This document shows positions 1-12,369 of a stretch of DNA of 64,000 bases, piece by piece. Position 1 is the stretch's first letter. Each line of letters opens with the position of its first letter. A model generated the notes under the pieces. That model worked only from the letters and a program-made list of their open reading frames with translations, searched no databases and was not told the DNA's origin. Source of the stretch: an uncultured virus (IMG/VR IMGVR_UViG_3300006879_000002) (taxonomy: Duplodnaviria > Heunggongvirae > Uroviricota > Caudoviricetes); the IMG/VR virus record IMGVR_UViG_3300006879_000002; one strand, 5' to 3'. Position numbers and translations under genes: made by a program.

Positions 1-1
1 C

Positions 2-343
2 CACCACCACCGCGTAGCCCCCCCCGCCCAGCGCCCCAACGACGCCAATCAGCCAGCCCACCCGCTCTTCCGCATCGACCACTCCGAAACGGTCATCCAG
101 TTCTCCACCCTGACCCCCGGAACCCTCACCGCATTTCCCGGCACCGCCACTGCCGACTATGAGGCCAACGACCGGACCGCATTCACCAGCGACAACATCG
201 GCCTCGGCGTACTCGTGCACGAAGAGGGCCTCGTCGAGGACGAAGCCAGCCGAAACCGCGAGGCCGCCATCCACCACATCCGCTTAGTCGTGATGCGCGC
301 CATCCGATACCGCAACAAGCAGGCCGCACGCCGCGCGGCCTGA
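2..343 (+). CDS. Hypothetical protein, 5'-truncated; probable paralog of the next gene
   Basis: Frame 2 is open from the window start to TGA 341-343. C-terminus HHIRLVVMRAIRYRNKQAARRAA resembles FLIRIVIGRTLRYHAKEAARVA of 362..820. Confidence 0.65.
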   Translation, partial: HHHRVAPPAQRPNDANQPAHPLFRIDHSETVIQFSTLTPGTLTAFPGTATADYEANDRTAFTSDNIGLGVLVHEEGLVEDEASRNREAAIHHIRLVVMRAIRYRNKQAARRAA

Positions 344-361
344 AGAAGGACGGACAACCCC

Positions 362-820
362 ATGAGCACCACCTACCGCACCATCACGCCAGGCAAGACC
401 CAACGGGCCACCGCTGAAGCGATCTACGAACATCTCATCGCCCACCCCAAGGACATCCCGTCCAGCGCCAGCGAGAAACTCACCTTCCAGCTCGGGCGCG
501 ACGCAGGTGCGTGCGTTGAGTTCTCCGACTTCAACGGACTGAACCTGTCCGTGTTCCCAAGGACCACGACAGAAATCCAAGTTGAACGCGGATGGGCTGC
601 AAACCACCTCCCCGGAATCAACGGTGCTCTCATCGGCAACCCCCACAGCACGACCCCCGGCATCCACGAAGATGACGTCTTCCTCATCCGCATCGTCATC
701 GGACGCACGCTGCGGTACCACGCCAAAGAAGCCGCCCGCGTGGCCGAACAGATCGAACGCCGACGCGCCAGCGTCGACGACGCCCCCGGCGCACGCCTAA
801 CCCCCGCCACCACACACTGA
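362..820 (+). CDS. Hypothetical protein
   Basis: GAAGGA RBS upstream; C-ending codon bias; operon-like spacing. Confidence 0.7.
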   Translation: MSTTYRTITPGKTQRATAEAIYEHLIAHPKDIPSSASEKLTFQLGRDAGACVEFSDFNGLNLSVFPRTTTEIQVERGWAANHLPGINGALIGNPHSTTPGIHEDDVFLIRIVIGRTLRYHAKEAARVAEQIERRRASVDDAPGARLTPATTH

Positions 821-832
821 ACGGAGCACACC

Positions 833-1276
833 ATGCCCACCCCACAACCGTCCGCACGAGTCACCGCCACCGTCACCCTCGACGTCTACCCCCGGCCCGG
901 CCAGTCGCCAGACCTGGCAGCCGCCACAATGGCCACCACGTTCCGGGACTACCTCACTCAGCGCGACCACCCGTTCTGGGAAGACTACGGAGCCACCCTC
1001 GAAGACATCCACGCTGCACACGAGGACGGCGAACACCCCTCATGGGGCGGCTACGACGGCCCGTTCGTCACCAGCGTCCACGTCAACGCCACAGCCGAAC
1101 CACTCCCCCACACCCCGAGCGACTCAATGGCCCGCGTACACCTCAACGAGTTCCGCGAAGCCGCAGCCACAGCCCGCGAAGCCGCCCAGGGGGACAGTAA
1201 CGACGACGAGATCGAAGCCCTTCAGAACGCCGTGCGCTCAGCAGCACACGCCCTCAACATCCCCGACCCGTTCTGA
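833..1276 (+). CDS. Hypothetical protein
   Basis: GGAG RBS, codon bias, operon-like spacing. Confidence 0.7.
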   Translation: MPTPQPSARVTATVTLDVYPRPGQSPDLAAATMATTFRDYLTQRDHPFWEDYGATLEDIHAAHEDGEHPSWGGYDGPFVTSVHVNATAEPLPHTPSDSMARVHLNEFREAAATAREAAQGDSNDDEIEALQNAVRSAAHALNIPDPF

Positions 1277-1292
1277 CCAAGAAGGAGAAGTC

Positions 1293-1496
1293 ATGGATAT
1301 CCGCATCGAAGTGACCGAGACAGTCGAGTACGCGCACACCCTCACTGTTCACGACGACTCCCTCGAGAACCGTCAAGCCGACGATGAAGACGTGCTGACG
1401 GAAGCTGAAGAGATGATCATCGACATCGACCGCGAGGACATCGACGAACTCGCCGTCCCAGAACGGTACGTCACCGTCTCCCGCATCAACGACTAG
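1293..1496 (+). CDS. Small highly acidic protein
   Basis: AAGGAG RBS; about 22 of 67 residues are D/E, no Lys. Confidence 0.7.
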   Translation: MDIRIEVTETVEYAHTLTVHDDSLENRQADDEDVLTEAEEMIIDIDREDIDELAVPERYVTVSRIND

Positions 1497-1599
1497 CCCA
1501 GGGACCTCCCACCAACCGCGTGCCGGACCTCAAGGAAGGGGCGGGGCGCGGGTTGGGAACCGTGCCGCGTGGGCACCCTTACAGAGACCCGCAGGACGG

Positions 1600-2400
1600 T
1601 CAGTGGCCCCCGGTTGATCCAAATCCGCCGTCCCCGCGGTCGCTGGACTCGAGGGATTCCACCAGTTCCACCTCCGGCGTCGATACCGGGGTGATGACCA
1701 GTTGGGCGATCCGTTCCCCCGGCTGGATCGTGTAGGGGTTCCTGGCGCCGATGAGGGTGAGGCACACCTTGACCTCCCCGGTGTACCCGTGGTCGATGAT
1801 CCCGGGAGCGTTGACCACAGTGACGCCATGCTTGGCTGACAGGCCAGAGCGAGGGCAGACGAGTCCCGCATGACCTCGCGGGATGGAGACGGCGATCCCG
1901 GTCGGGACCAGGACCTGGCTGTCTGGAGTGAGTGACAACGGCGTGCTACCGCAGTAGCGCAGGTCGAGGCCCGCGTCGCCAGAGTGCGCTCGAGTCGGCA
2001 GGTGCGCTCCCTCCTCCGACAGGTTCTGTACCAGCAGACCGCCCGACTCCGACTCACGATGACTATCGCAGGACGCGGCGGCCAGCTCCGCGTAGGACGG
2101 CACTTTCTCGTCCGCAGCCTGCAACTGCTGCTGCCACGGGTAGTCCGGGTAGTGGTACAGCACGTCGCATAGCGTGTTCCACCAACCCCCGTTGGGCAAC
2201 AATTCCGGGGGGAGCATCTTGCGTATCTTCGAGGTCACTGCCCGCAGCGAGCGGCCCAAGTATTCGGCAACCTCGTTCCCGCTCAGTAGGTCTTCTCGAG
2301 CCGCCTGCACAAGGAACTCGTATTCCTCTCGGGCCCACGGGGCGCCTTGCCGCGTGCGGGGGCGTGGCTCTACGTACTCAAAGGCGGTGTCAGTGGCCAT
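1600..2400 (-). CDS. dut: Trimeric dUTPase with N-terminal HTH/Myb-like extension
   Basis: All five dUTPase motifs (AGLDL, RSGL, GIIDHGYTGEV, RIAQLV, RGDGGFGSTG); start placed at ATG 2400 after GAGAGAAAG. Confidence 0.92.
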   Translation of the reverse strand: MATDTAFEYVEPRPRTRQGAPWAREEYEFLVQAAREDLLSGNEVAEYLGRSLRAVTSKIRKMLPPELLPNGGWWNTLCDVLYHYPDYPWQQQLQAADEKVPSYAELAAASCDSHRESESGGLLVQNLSEEGAHLPTRAHSGDAGLDLRYCGSTPLSLTPDSQVLVPTGIAVSIPRGHAGLVCPRSGLSAKHGVTVVNAPGIIDHGYTGEVKVCLTLIGARNPYTIQPGERIAQLVITPVSTPEVELVESLESSDRGDGGFGSTGGH

Positions 2401-2561
2401 CGGGTCGTCATCTTTCTCTCTCAGCAAGCGGACCGCGCGGAGCGCATAGCTGCTATTTGCGCATTCATGGATGCTATCATCATGGGCTTTACGTTTGCGT
2501 CGGAACCGCGCCGAGCGCTGAGGCCCTATCTCCTTCTCGAGCGGCGCTTAGGAGGCTCTCA

Positions 2562-2587
2562 CACTAGCCGCGTTAACACGGCTAGTG
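2562..2587. terminator. Hairpin at the 3' end of the 2582..3310 gene
   Basis: CACTAGCCG...CGGCTAGTG inverted repeat. Confidence 0.45.
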
Positions 2588-3310
2588 ACGCCGTGATAAC
2601 GCTCGGAACCGTTGCAAGAACACCCTAGGGCCGCTGTGGCGACTGGCCGTGCGTACTACCTGTCCGGCAGTAGTAACGGAATAAGAGCCCAGCCCGGCGC
2701 TTTGCAGCGCTTGGCCTACTTCTGCGGTGATGGATTCAGTGGACCACGGCGCCTGCGGAGAGTTCACCGGCAGAACCGCTATCCGGTGACCCGCCCATGA
2801 TCCGGATAACGGGCTTGTGGTGGGCAGGTCTCCGCAGGAGGAATCCCGGTGGGGGCCCTGCGCCAGCAGGAAGGTTAATGCTGTCTGGGTTCCCCCGCAT
2901 GTGCCCCCCACCCCTCCGGTGGCCATTTGCCCCAACGTGGTGCCGTCACCCAGTTCCCCCGGGTCCAGGCGCTGGCCGAGGTCGTAGTTCACCACCATGT
3001 GTGGGATGCGTTCCCGGTGAGACAGTCCCTGAGCGTGCTGGAACGCTGCCTCTCGCACGGCGCGTATCGACTCCTGGGATCGTTGCAACCCTGGCAAGAC
3101 TGGCGGCTGCCCCTGAATCTCCTCGCTACCGTCCCGCGGGCCAGTGATGCACACCCTGTGCCCCTGCCAGCGGGTTCCCAGCAAGTAGATCAGAGCGGAG
3201 GTGGCGCTGAATCGGGCTTTGCATAGTGCTGGCAGGGACGACTCCCGCGGCCCAGGCCACAGGAAGCAGGCGTGGTCCTGGTTGACCACAATACGAGTTC
3301 GGAGGGTCAT
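2582..3310 (-). CDS. Hypothetical protein
   Basis: Long ORF with GAGG RBS before ATG and a minus-strand TGCTACCAT promoter near 3397-3405. Confidence 0.55.
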   Translation of the reverse strand: MTLRTRIVVNQDHACFLWPGPRESSLPALCKARFSATSALIYLLGTRWQGHRVCITGPRDGSEEIQGQPPVLPGLQRSQESIRAVREAAFQHAQGLSHRERIPHMVVNYDLGQRLDPGELGDGTTLGQMATGGVGGTCGGTQTALTFLLAQGPHRDSSCGDLPTTSPLSGSWAGHRIAVLPVNSPQAPWSTESITAEVGQALQSAGLGSYSVTTAGQVVRTASRHSGPRVFLQRFRALSRRH

Positions 3311-3713
3311 CACACCTCACAATGCGGGTCAGGCACCTTTGCTCAGATCGTCTGCGGCGCGTTTTGCCCTTCCTGTCGGGCATATATAGAACTCTCATGG
3401 TAGCAGGCAGGACGCAAAGTGGGGTTCGTACATGATGTCGTCCTCCAGCCGGGCAGCGAGCCCGAATCAGCGCTGCCACGCGGGTGGCTCTTGCGTAGAG
3501 TCTCTATGCAACACACCGTTGTCCAAGTGCTGTTGCATAGGCGTAACATCCGTTACGATTGCTGTAGCTCAGGTGGTAGGACTGACTGGAGACGACCCCG
3601 TTCCACACGAGCATCCGGAAGGCCCGGAGGGAATGTGAAGCGTCTGGGCGGCGCTTCGAGAATCATCCCTCCGGGCCTTTCGTTGTTCCCGGAACGCCTC
3701 AAGTACGCAAACC

Positions 3714-3722
3714 TGCTATATT
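3714..3722 (+). promoter_or_regulatory. Extended -10 promoter TGCTATATT upstream of dnaE; representative of an element-wide motif
   Basis: TGn-TANNNT; the same TGCTANNNT precedes more than 15 genes in the window. Confidence 0.65.
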
Positions 3723-3758
3723 GACAGGGAGAGAAGACGCGCACCAAGGAGAGGCACA

Positions 3759-7061
<3,303 letters not shown>

Positions 7062-7125
7062 GCAAACCTGCTACCCTGATAGTAGGGACGAGAAAACTAC
7101 TGGTCAGGCAGGAGGTCGACCGCTC

Positions 7126-7410
7126 ATGGCAGCCACAGGCCGCCCACCCCTGGAACCCCTGGAGCAAGTCACCGTGCGCCACCTCGACTCCGGCAAGACC
7201 GTCGCCTGGTGCAACGGCACCTTCTCCGGCGACCCTGACCTGACCCAAGCAGCACGCACCATTCACCAGGCCGGAGAACCAGTGGCCCTGGGCCCGGGGA
7301 CCTACCACGTCACCGACGACGCCCAAGGTGCCGCCGCAGCGATGCTCGCCGCCTGATGCGGACGCGGGATCATCGTCACCGACCCCTCCGTCCTGACCGG
7401 GCAACCGTAA
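7126..7410 (+). CDS. Small hypothetical protein with in-frame TGA at 7354 (ends there, or is interrupted)
   Basis: AGGAGG RBS; the frame continues in coding style (CGRGIIVTDPSVLTGQP) to TAA 7408-7410. Confidence 0.5.
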
Positions 7411-7414
7411 CCTC

Positions 7415-8887
7415 GTGTGCCGCAGCTGCGCAGAGGGTGGACGACGCTGCCCCGGAGAGACCGCCGCCAAGCGCCGCGCCCGCCAGAACGCCGCCTACAA
7501 CGCCAAGAAGCACGCCACCACCCCCCGCCAGGCCGAGAGCGGCACTGACGACCCGTCCGCGAGCGCTGGGGTTCCCCCTCTGGAGGGGCCGGTCACACCC
7601 GAGATGGTGCGTGAGCGCATCGACCACGCCCGTGCCGTCCTGAGTCGCTCCAGCAAGGGTCAGCCGTCTGATGTCGGGGGTGGCCGTCAGGGTCATGGCG
7701 GGATGACCGCAGCGGACGATCAGGGGTGGCTCGCCCCCACCAGTTACGGCCTGGAGGCTGAGGCCGCCACTCGGGCTGCCGGGGCGGCTCTTGCTGCCCG
7801 GGGGGAGCAGTTGGCAGCCGACACGATGGCCGAAACCTCCCCGGGCGTAGACAAGCGTGTGTTGGCCTATATGCCACAGGGTGCCCAGTCTCGCGACGAG
7901 TACACCTCATTCGTTCAGGGCCGCACGGAAGAACTGAAAAGCCAGATTCGCGCCCTGCGCAAGCAAGCAGCCGATAGGGCAGCGGAAGGCGACGTGGTTG
8001 AGGCGAGTCAGCTGACCCGGCAGTCCAACGAGCTTGTCGATGAAGCGAACAGGTACAACCAGGAGGCAGCCCGGGCGCACCAGGCCGATAGTGCCTGGGA
8101 CCGTGTGGAAACGCAGGCGTACTCCGACGGGTACCGGGCTGCCTTGGCCGAACAGCGCCAAATGGGGCTACCGGGCGGGAGGATGATTGCCACAGACAAG
8201 CAGTCCCAGAAGGCGACCGTGGACCGGCTGAAGAAGGGGCTGGCCTATTACCCCTCGGACTGGCTCGCCCGGGACGGCGACTACGAGGCCAGTTGGCGTT
8301 CTGATGACTTCACCGAGCACCAGGAGCACATTCCCTTGCGGGTAGTGTCTGCAAAGAAGCGAGCCCACTATTCACCAGTGGTCATCAGCCGTCGTTACAC
8401 GCGGGACGAGGTGCAGACCTCGTTCTATTCCGAACTGACCATCGACAAGCACGACAGTGGATGCCTGGGCCCGGGGGTCAGCACCGCAGTGCATGAGTAC
8501 GGGCACCGTGCGGAGCGGGTTCAGCCTCAAGTCAACGCACTGGCGCAGGTTCACCTGGCCCGCCGAACCACCAATGGTGACGGGTCACGTCACACCCTCG
8601 AGCCGTACCTTGTCGGTAAGAGGCGCGCCCAGAATGGCCCTTCCTCCAGCCTGTGGGAGTACATGCGCCGCGACGAGGGGAAATCCGAATGGGTCCGCTC
8701 GGATGACTTCGCAGAGCGGTACACCGGCAAGCAGAACTCCTCGGACGAGGAATCCTCGGAAGTGTTCACCACCGGCATGGAGGGCGTGTTCGCCGGTCGA
8801 TTCGGGGGCCTACGCGGTGCCGGGCGGTGGAAGGCCGACCGGGAGCACCGCGACCTCATCCTCGGCACCCTCGCCGTCGTGAAATAG
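7415..8887 (+). CDS. MCR..GGRRC-leader protein with C-terminal zincin-like metallopeptidase
   Basis: N-terminus MCRSCAEGGRRCPG; AVHEYGH (HExxH); downstream YTGK..SEVFTTGME as in phage/polyvalent metallopeptidase domains. Confidence 0.75.
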   Translation: MCRSCAEGGRRCPGETAAKRRARQNAAYNAKKHATTPRQAESGTDDPSASAGVPPLEGPVTPEMVRERIDHARAVLSRSSKGQPSDVGGGRQGHGGMTAADDQGWLAPTSYGLEAEAATRAAGAALAARGEQLAADTMAETSPGVDKRVLAYMPQGAQSRDEYTSFVQGRTEELKSQIRALRKQAADRAAEGDVVEASQLTRQSNELVDEANRYNQEAARAHQADSAWDRVETQAYSDGYRAALAEQRQMGLPGGRMIATDKQSQKATVDRLKKGLAYYPSDWLARDGDYEASWRSDDFTEHQEHIPLRVVSAKKRAHYSPVVISRRYTRDEVQTSFYSELTIDKHDSGCLGPGVSTAVHEYGHRAERVQPQVNALAQVHLARRTTNGDGSRHTLEPYLVGKRRAQNGPSSSLWEYMRRDEGKSEWVRSDDFAERYTGKQNSSDEESSEVFTTGMEGVFAGRFGGLRGAGRWKADREHRDLILGTLAVVK

Positions 8888-8896
8888 CCCGGGAGC

Positions 8897-9274
8897 TCAC
8901 TCCCCCTCAGGAGCAGGTACAACCCAGACGGGGATTTCTGCCTTGCGGGCGCGCCTGATGCAATCCCAGGTGCCCCTGGAGCCCTCCTGCGGGAAGGCGA
9001 GGGTGATGTCCGCACCAGCGTCCACCATCTGCTGGTTCCGCAGCGGGCCTGCGGCCTTGCCGTGGGCGGCCCAGTCAGCCGGGTGGGCCTCAATCGTCCA
9101 GCCGCGTTTGCTGGCTTCCTGCGCGGCGATCTGGTCTGCCCCGCCGTGCGGGCAGGCCCCGTGCACGAGGGTCACGCCCTCAGGGTTGCCGAGGTCCTCC
9201 CATGCCTGCGCGAGGGCGTCTGCGATGGTGGTGCGGTCGTTCCAGTGGCGGCTTCCGGTGACGAGGATGCGCAT
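8897..9274 (-). CDS. SLOG-family (DUF2493/YspA-like) nucleotide-binding protein
   Basis: MRILVTGSR, LVHGAC..GAD, HPADW..HGKAAGPLRN..M, GSRGT..C motifs. Confidence 0.85.
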   Translation of the reverse strand: MRILVTGSRHWNDRTTIADALAQAWEDLGNPEGVTLVHGACPHGGADQIAAQEASKRGWTIEAHPADWAAHGKAAGPLRNQQMVDAGADITLAFPQEGSRGTWDCIRRARKAEIPVWVVPAPEGE

Positions 9275-9276
9275 AG

Positions 9277-9708
9277 CTACCCGTCCTCTCGGGCGATACG
9301 GCGCAGTGTTCCGTTCTCGTATCGCGTCTCCACGATGACCCTCACTGCGGCGGTGCTTCCCAGTCGCCACAGCCTCCACGCCCAGAGTGCTGTCAGCGCC
9401 AGGATTCCCCCACCCATGACGTAAACAGCCGCGCTCCATCCACTGTCGGAGGTCGACATGGCGGTGATCAGGCTGGCCCAGGCGACCACGGTGGCGAACA
9501 GGGCAGTCAAGTGTGCTGGCGCACCGTCTCCCTCATGCCTGATCGCTGCCTTCGCCAGGAGCACTTCCTGGTCAGTGAGGTCCGAGTCAATACCGTCGTC
9601 TTTGAGGGTATTTTGAGCCTTCTCCAGTTGTCTCTCCCTCATGACGCGGGAGGCCCAGGATGGTGTCCGCTGCTCTGTGGCGTCAGTGTCTTGCCTCGCC
9701 TCACCCAT
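9277..9708 (-). CDS. Two-TM membrane protein
   Basis: Two hydrophobic segments; GAGG RBS and TGCTACAGT promoter upstream. Confidence 0.65.
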   Translation of the reverse strand: MGEARQDTDATEQRTPSWASRVMRERQLEKAQNTLKDDGIDSDLTDQEVLLAKAAIRHEGDGAPAHLTALFATVVAWASLITAMSTSDSGWSAAVYVMGGGILALTALWAWRLWRLGSTAAVRVIVETRYENGTLRRIAREDG

Positions 9709-9824
9709 GCGTTCTGTTCCTCTTCTCGCACGTACTACTGTAGCACCGTTGGCACTACAGCCAAACGTTGTATAGACTGACACAAGACCCTGCCCCACAG
9801 GACATCCTCGCAAGAGAGAGACAC

Positions 9825-10298
9825 ATGTTCGACCTCGGACGCCTTGAAGTGACCGCGACCATCAACTTCGCAGAAGTGGCCGCCGAGGACCCAGTGGCGC
9901 CTTTGCAGGTCCACTACCTACGCCTGGGCGATCTACAGGCCAGCCCGGACGCCCTCCAGCACGCCATCGAGACCCACCTGGCCGACCAACCCAACCCCCA
10001 CCGGGTCGTGCCTGACACCTCCGACCCCGACTCCCTATCCTTCGCGGTGGTCGGCCCTGACGGCGATGCTCTCTACCGGGCTTCCATTACTCTCCAGAGT
10101 CGCTGCCTCGAGCCGCGCATCGACTGCGAGCAATGGGGAATCACCGACATTGCCGACCACCTCGGGGTCGCCACCGTCACCGTCCGCGCCTACCTCTCCC
10201 GCGACCAGATGCCCGAACCGGACGGGCACGTGGCCGGTTCGCCCTGGTGGAACGCTGACCGCATCCGCGACTGGCGACGCCCTCGCCACAGACGGTAG
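9825..10298 (+). CDS. Protein with C-terminal AlpA/excisionase-like HTH
   Basis: WGITDIADHLGVATVTVRAYLSRDQMPEPD...PWW..DRIRDW. Confidence 0.75.
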   Translation: MFDLGRLEVTATINFAEVAAEDPVAPLQVHYLRLGDLQASPDALQHAIETHLADQPNPHRVVPDTSDPDSLSFAVVGPDGDALYRASITLQSRCLEPRIDCEQWGITDIADHLGVATVTVRAYLSRDQMPEPDGHVAGSPWWNADRIRDWRRPRHRR

Positions 10299-10352
10299 AA
10301 ACGTGCCTATTGGGTAGTGAGCTTGCCTCGCGTGGGGGCTAGACTGAGGAGC

Positions 10353-12365
10353 ATGTGCAGAGCCGGAGGCCGCCGCTGTGACCGCAAGTGGGACGACGCC
10401 CACCGCGAGCGCTACAACGCCCGCCGTCGAATCGTGCGGAACAGCCAGAAGGCCGAAGCTGCCCGGTCGGCTGGCGATGAGGCCAAGGCGGGCTACTACG
10501 AGGACCTGACCGGCAGTGCCCAGGACTCCGCTGAGTACTACGACCAGATGATTCACGACCACGAGCAGGCCAGCCAGGAGGAAGCGGAGCAGTCCTTCGA
10601 CTACCGCCTCGGGCACACCGCGCCGGAGGATAACGGGTACAGCAACCCGATCACGCGCCTGACCGATGGGTTCTTCGGGGACGACGTGTACGAACACCCG
10701 GACTGGTATGGCGTCGCGGACGACGAAACCATGGAACAGTTGACCGCAGTGCGGGACGACCCAGACGTCACGGTTCGCATTTACCGGGCCGTCCCGCACG
10801 ACCACCAGGAGATCAACAACGGCGACTGGATCACCCTGTCCCGCGAGTACGCCGAGGAGCACTCCTTCGACATGGACGGGCCCGGCAACGACGGCGTGGT
10901 GGTATCCACGGAGGTCCCGGCAACCCAGGTGTTCACCGACGGCAACGACCTCGCAGAATACGGCTACACCGGCCCCAACACCGCCCTCGGATCAGCCCCC
11001 AACGCGCTCGAGGAGGTCCGCGAGACCTCCCGCAACTGGCGCGCCTCCTGGAGCAGCGAAGAGGACGAGGCATTCGACACCTACGGGGCAATCGACCACG
11101 CAGACATCAACGCCAAACTCCGCGCCGGGCAGAGCCTCACCAGCGACGAGACCCACACCGTCACCACCATGGATGCCGCACTGGACCGGGCGCCACGCAC
11201 CGACAAGACCCACACCCTCTACCGGGGCATCGGCTTCAGCGACGACCGCGACGGCACCAACGCCACCCAATGGGTCAACCAGCACTGCCAACCCGGCCAA
11301 GACGTCTCCTTCGACTCCTTCACCTCCACCTCCACCGACCCCGGCACAGCCGAGTACTTCTCCGGAGCCAACAGTGAGCACACCACCTCCGGTGTCATCT
11401 TCGAGGTGGACACCAGTCAGGCCGGGTACACCGGAGACAGCCCGGAAAACGAGGTCCTCCTCCAACGCGGCAGCCACTTCACCGTCAGCTCCACAGAACC
11501 CACCACCGTCAACGGCAAGTCGTTCCAGCGCGTACGCCTGACCGAATCACACGCCCCCACCCCGTCCCCAGTGGCGACCGACCACGCGCTCGCCTCCCGA
11601 CCGTCCGCGTCGATGCAGATGAGCTTCATCCGCAACCCCGTCTCCTCCACCCAGCACGTAGCAGGCAACGACTTCGGGCAGGACGTGGAGCCCTCCGGGC
11701 GGTATCTGACCGAGAGCGCCGGTGTCGTGCCCGACGGGTGGGAAAGCGGGACCGTCACGTTCAGCAACCCGCTGCACATGAACTGGGGGGACAGCGGCTC
11801 CTACGACGATGACGACAACTGGAAACGCAGACTCTCTGCCCACTACGGCGGCCAGACCGGCCCCTCCCTGTCCCAAGCGGTACGCGCCGACGGGTACGAC
11901 GCCATCGTCACCCACGACAAGTACGGAACCAGCGAGATCGTGGACCTCACCAGCCTGTCCCCTCGCCCCGGCCCCGGGGCTTCTGCCGCGCCTTCTTCAC
12001 CGAAGTGGGACCGGCGCAAAAAGTACACCCCACGCGACTCTCGTGACCTCGGCAAGCATCTGGCCGCCAAACACGGCGTGACCATGGACCTAAAAGGTAG
12101 CTCCAGCAAGGACTCCTACGTCACGCTCAGCAAGATCGAGGTCCCTAAAGAACAGCGCGGCAAAGGCGTCGGCAAGAAGGTGATGCGCGAGTTCCTCAAT
12201 GAGGCAGACCGCAACGGGTGGAAAGTCGCACTGACCCCCTCGGGCGACTTCGGAGGCAACGTGACCCGCCTGAAGCGCTTCTACCGCGACCTCGGGTTCG
12301 TCCCCAACAAGGGCCGCAACAAGGACTTCACCACTCAGGAAGGCTTCCTGCGTCCGCCGCAGTAA
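10353..12365 (+). CDS. Polyvalent protein: MCR..GGRRC leader, ART-like domain, VIP2-like ADP-ribosyltransferase, ART-like domain, GNAT acetyltransferase
   Basis: LYRG / FTSTS / ENEVLL (R-S-ExE); IYRAVP..GDWITLS..YA; ADGYDAIV..EIV; KIEVP.EQRGKGVG..RLKRFYRDLGF. ATG lies 7 nt after a TAGACT -10 box. Confidence 0.82.
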   Translation: MCRAGGRRCDRKWDDAHRERYNARRRIVRNSQKAEAARSAGDEAKAGYYEDLTGSAQDSAEYYDQMIHDHEQASQEEAEQSFDYRLGHTAPEDNGYSNPITRLTDGFFGDDVYEHPDWYGVADDETMEQLTAVRDDPDVTVRIYRAVPHDHQEINNGDWITLSREYAEEHSFDMDGPGNDGVVVSTEVPATQVFTDGNDLAEYGYTGPNTALGSAPNALEEVRETSRNWRASWSSEEDEAFDTYGAIDHADINAKLRAGQSLTSDETHTVTTMDAALDRAPRTDKTHTLYRGIGFSDDRDGTNATQWVNQHCQPGQDVSFDSFTSTSTDPGTAEYFSGANSEHTTSGVIFEVDTSQAGYTGDSPENEVLLQRGSHFTVSSTEPTTVNGKSFQRVRLTESHAPTPSPVATDHALASRPSASMQMSFIRNPVSSTQHVAGNDFGQDVEPSGRYLTESAGVVPDGWESGTVTFSNPLHMNWGDSGSYDDDDNWKRRLSAHYGGQTGPSLSQAVRADGYDAIVTHDKYGTSEIVDLTSLSPRPGPGASAAPSSPKWDRRKKYTPRDSRDLGKHLAAKHGVTMDLKGSSSKDSYVTLSKIEVPKEQRGKGVGKKVMREFLNEADRNGWKVALTPSGDFGGNVTRLKRFYRDLGFVPNKGRNKDFTTQEGFLRPPQ

Positions 12366-12369
12366 CCCG

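Noticed and set aside
3556..3615. tRNA (TAGCTCAGGTGGTAG resembles a D-arm)
   Set aside because: The D-stem does not close (GGAC rather than GAGC) and there is no convincing T-arm or acceptor stem
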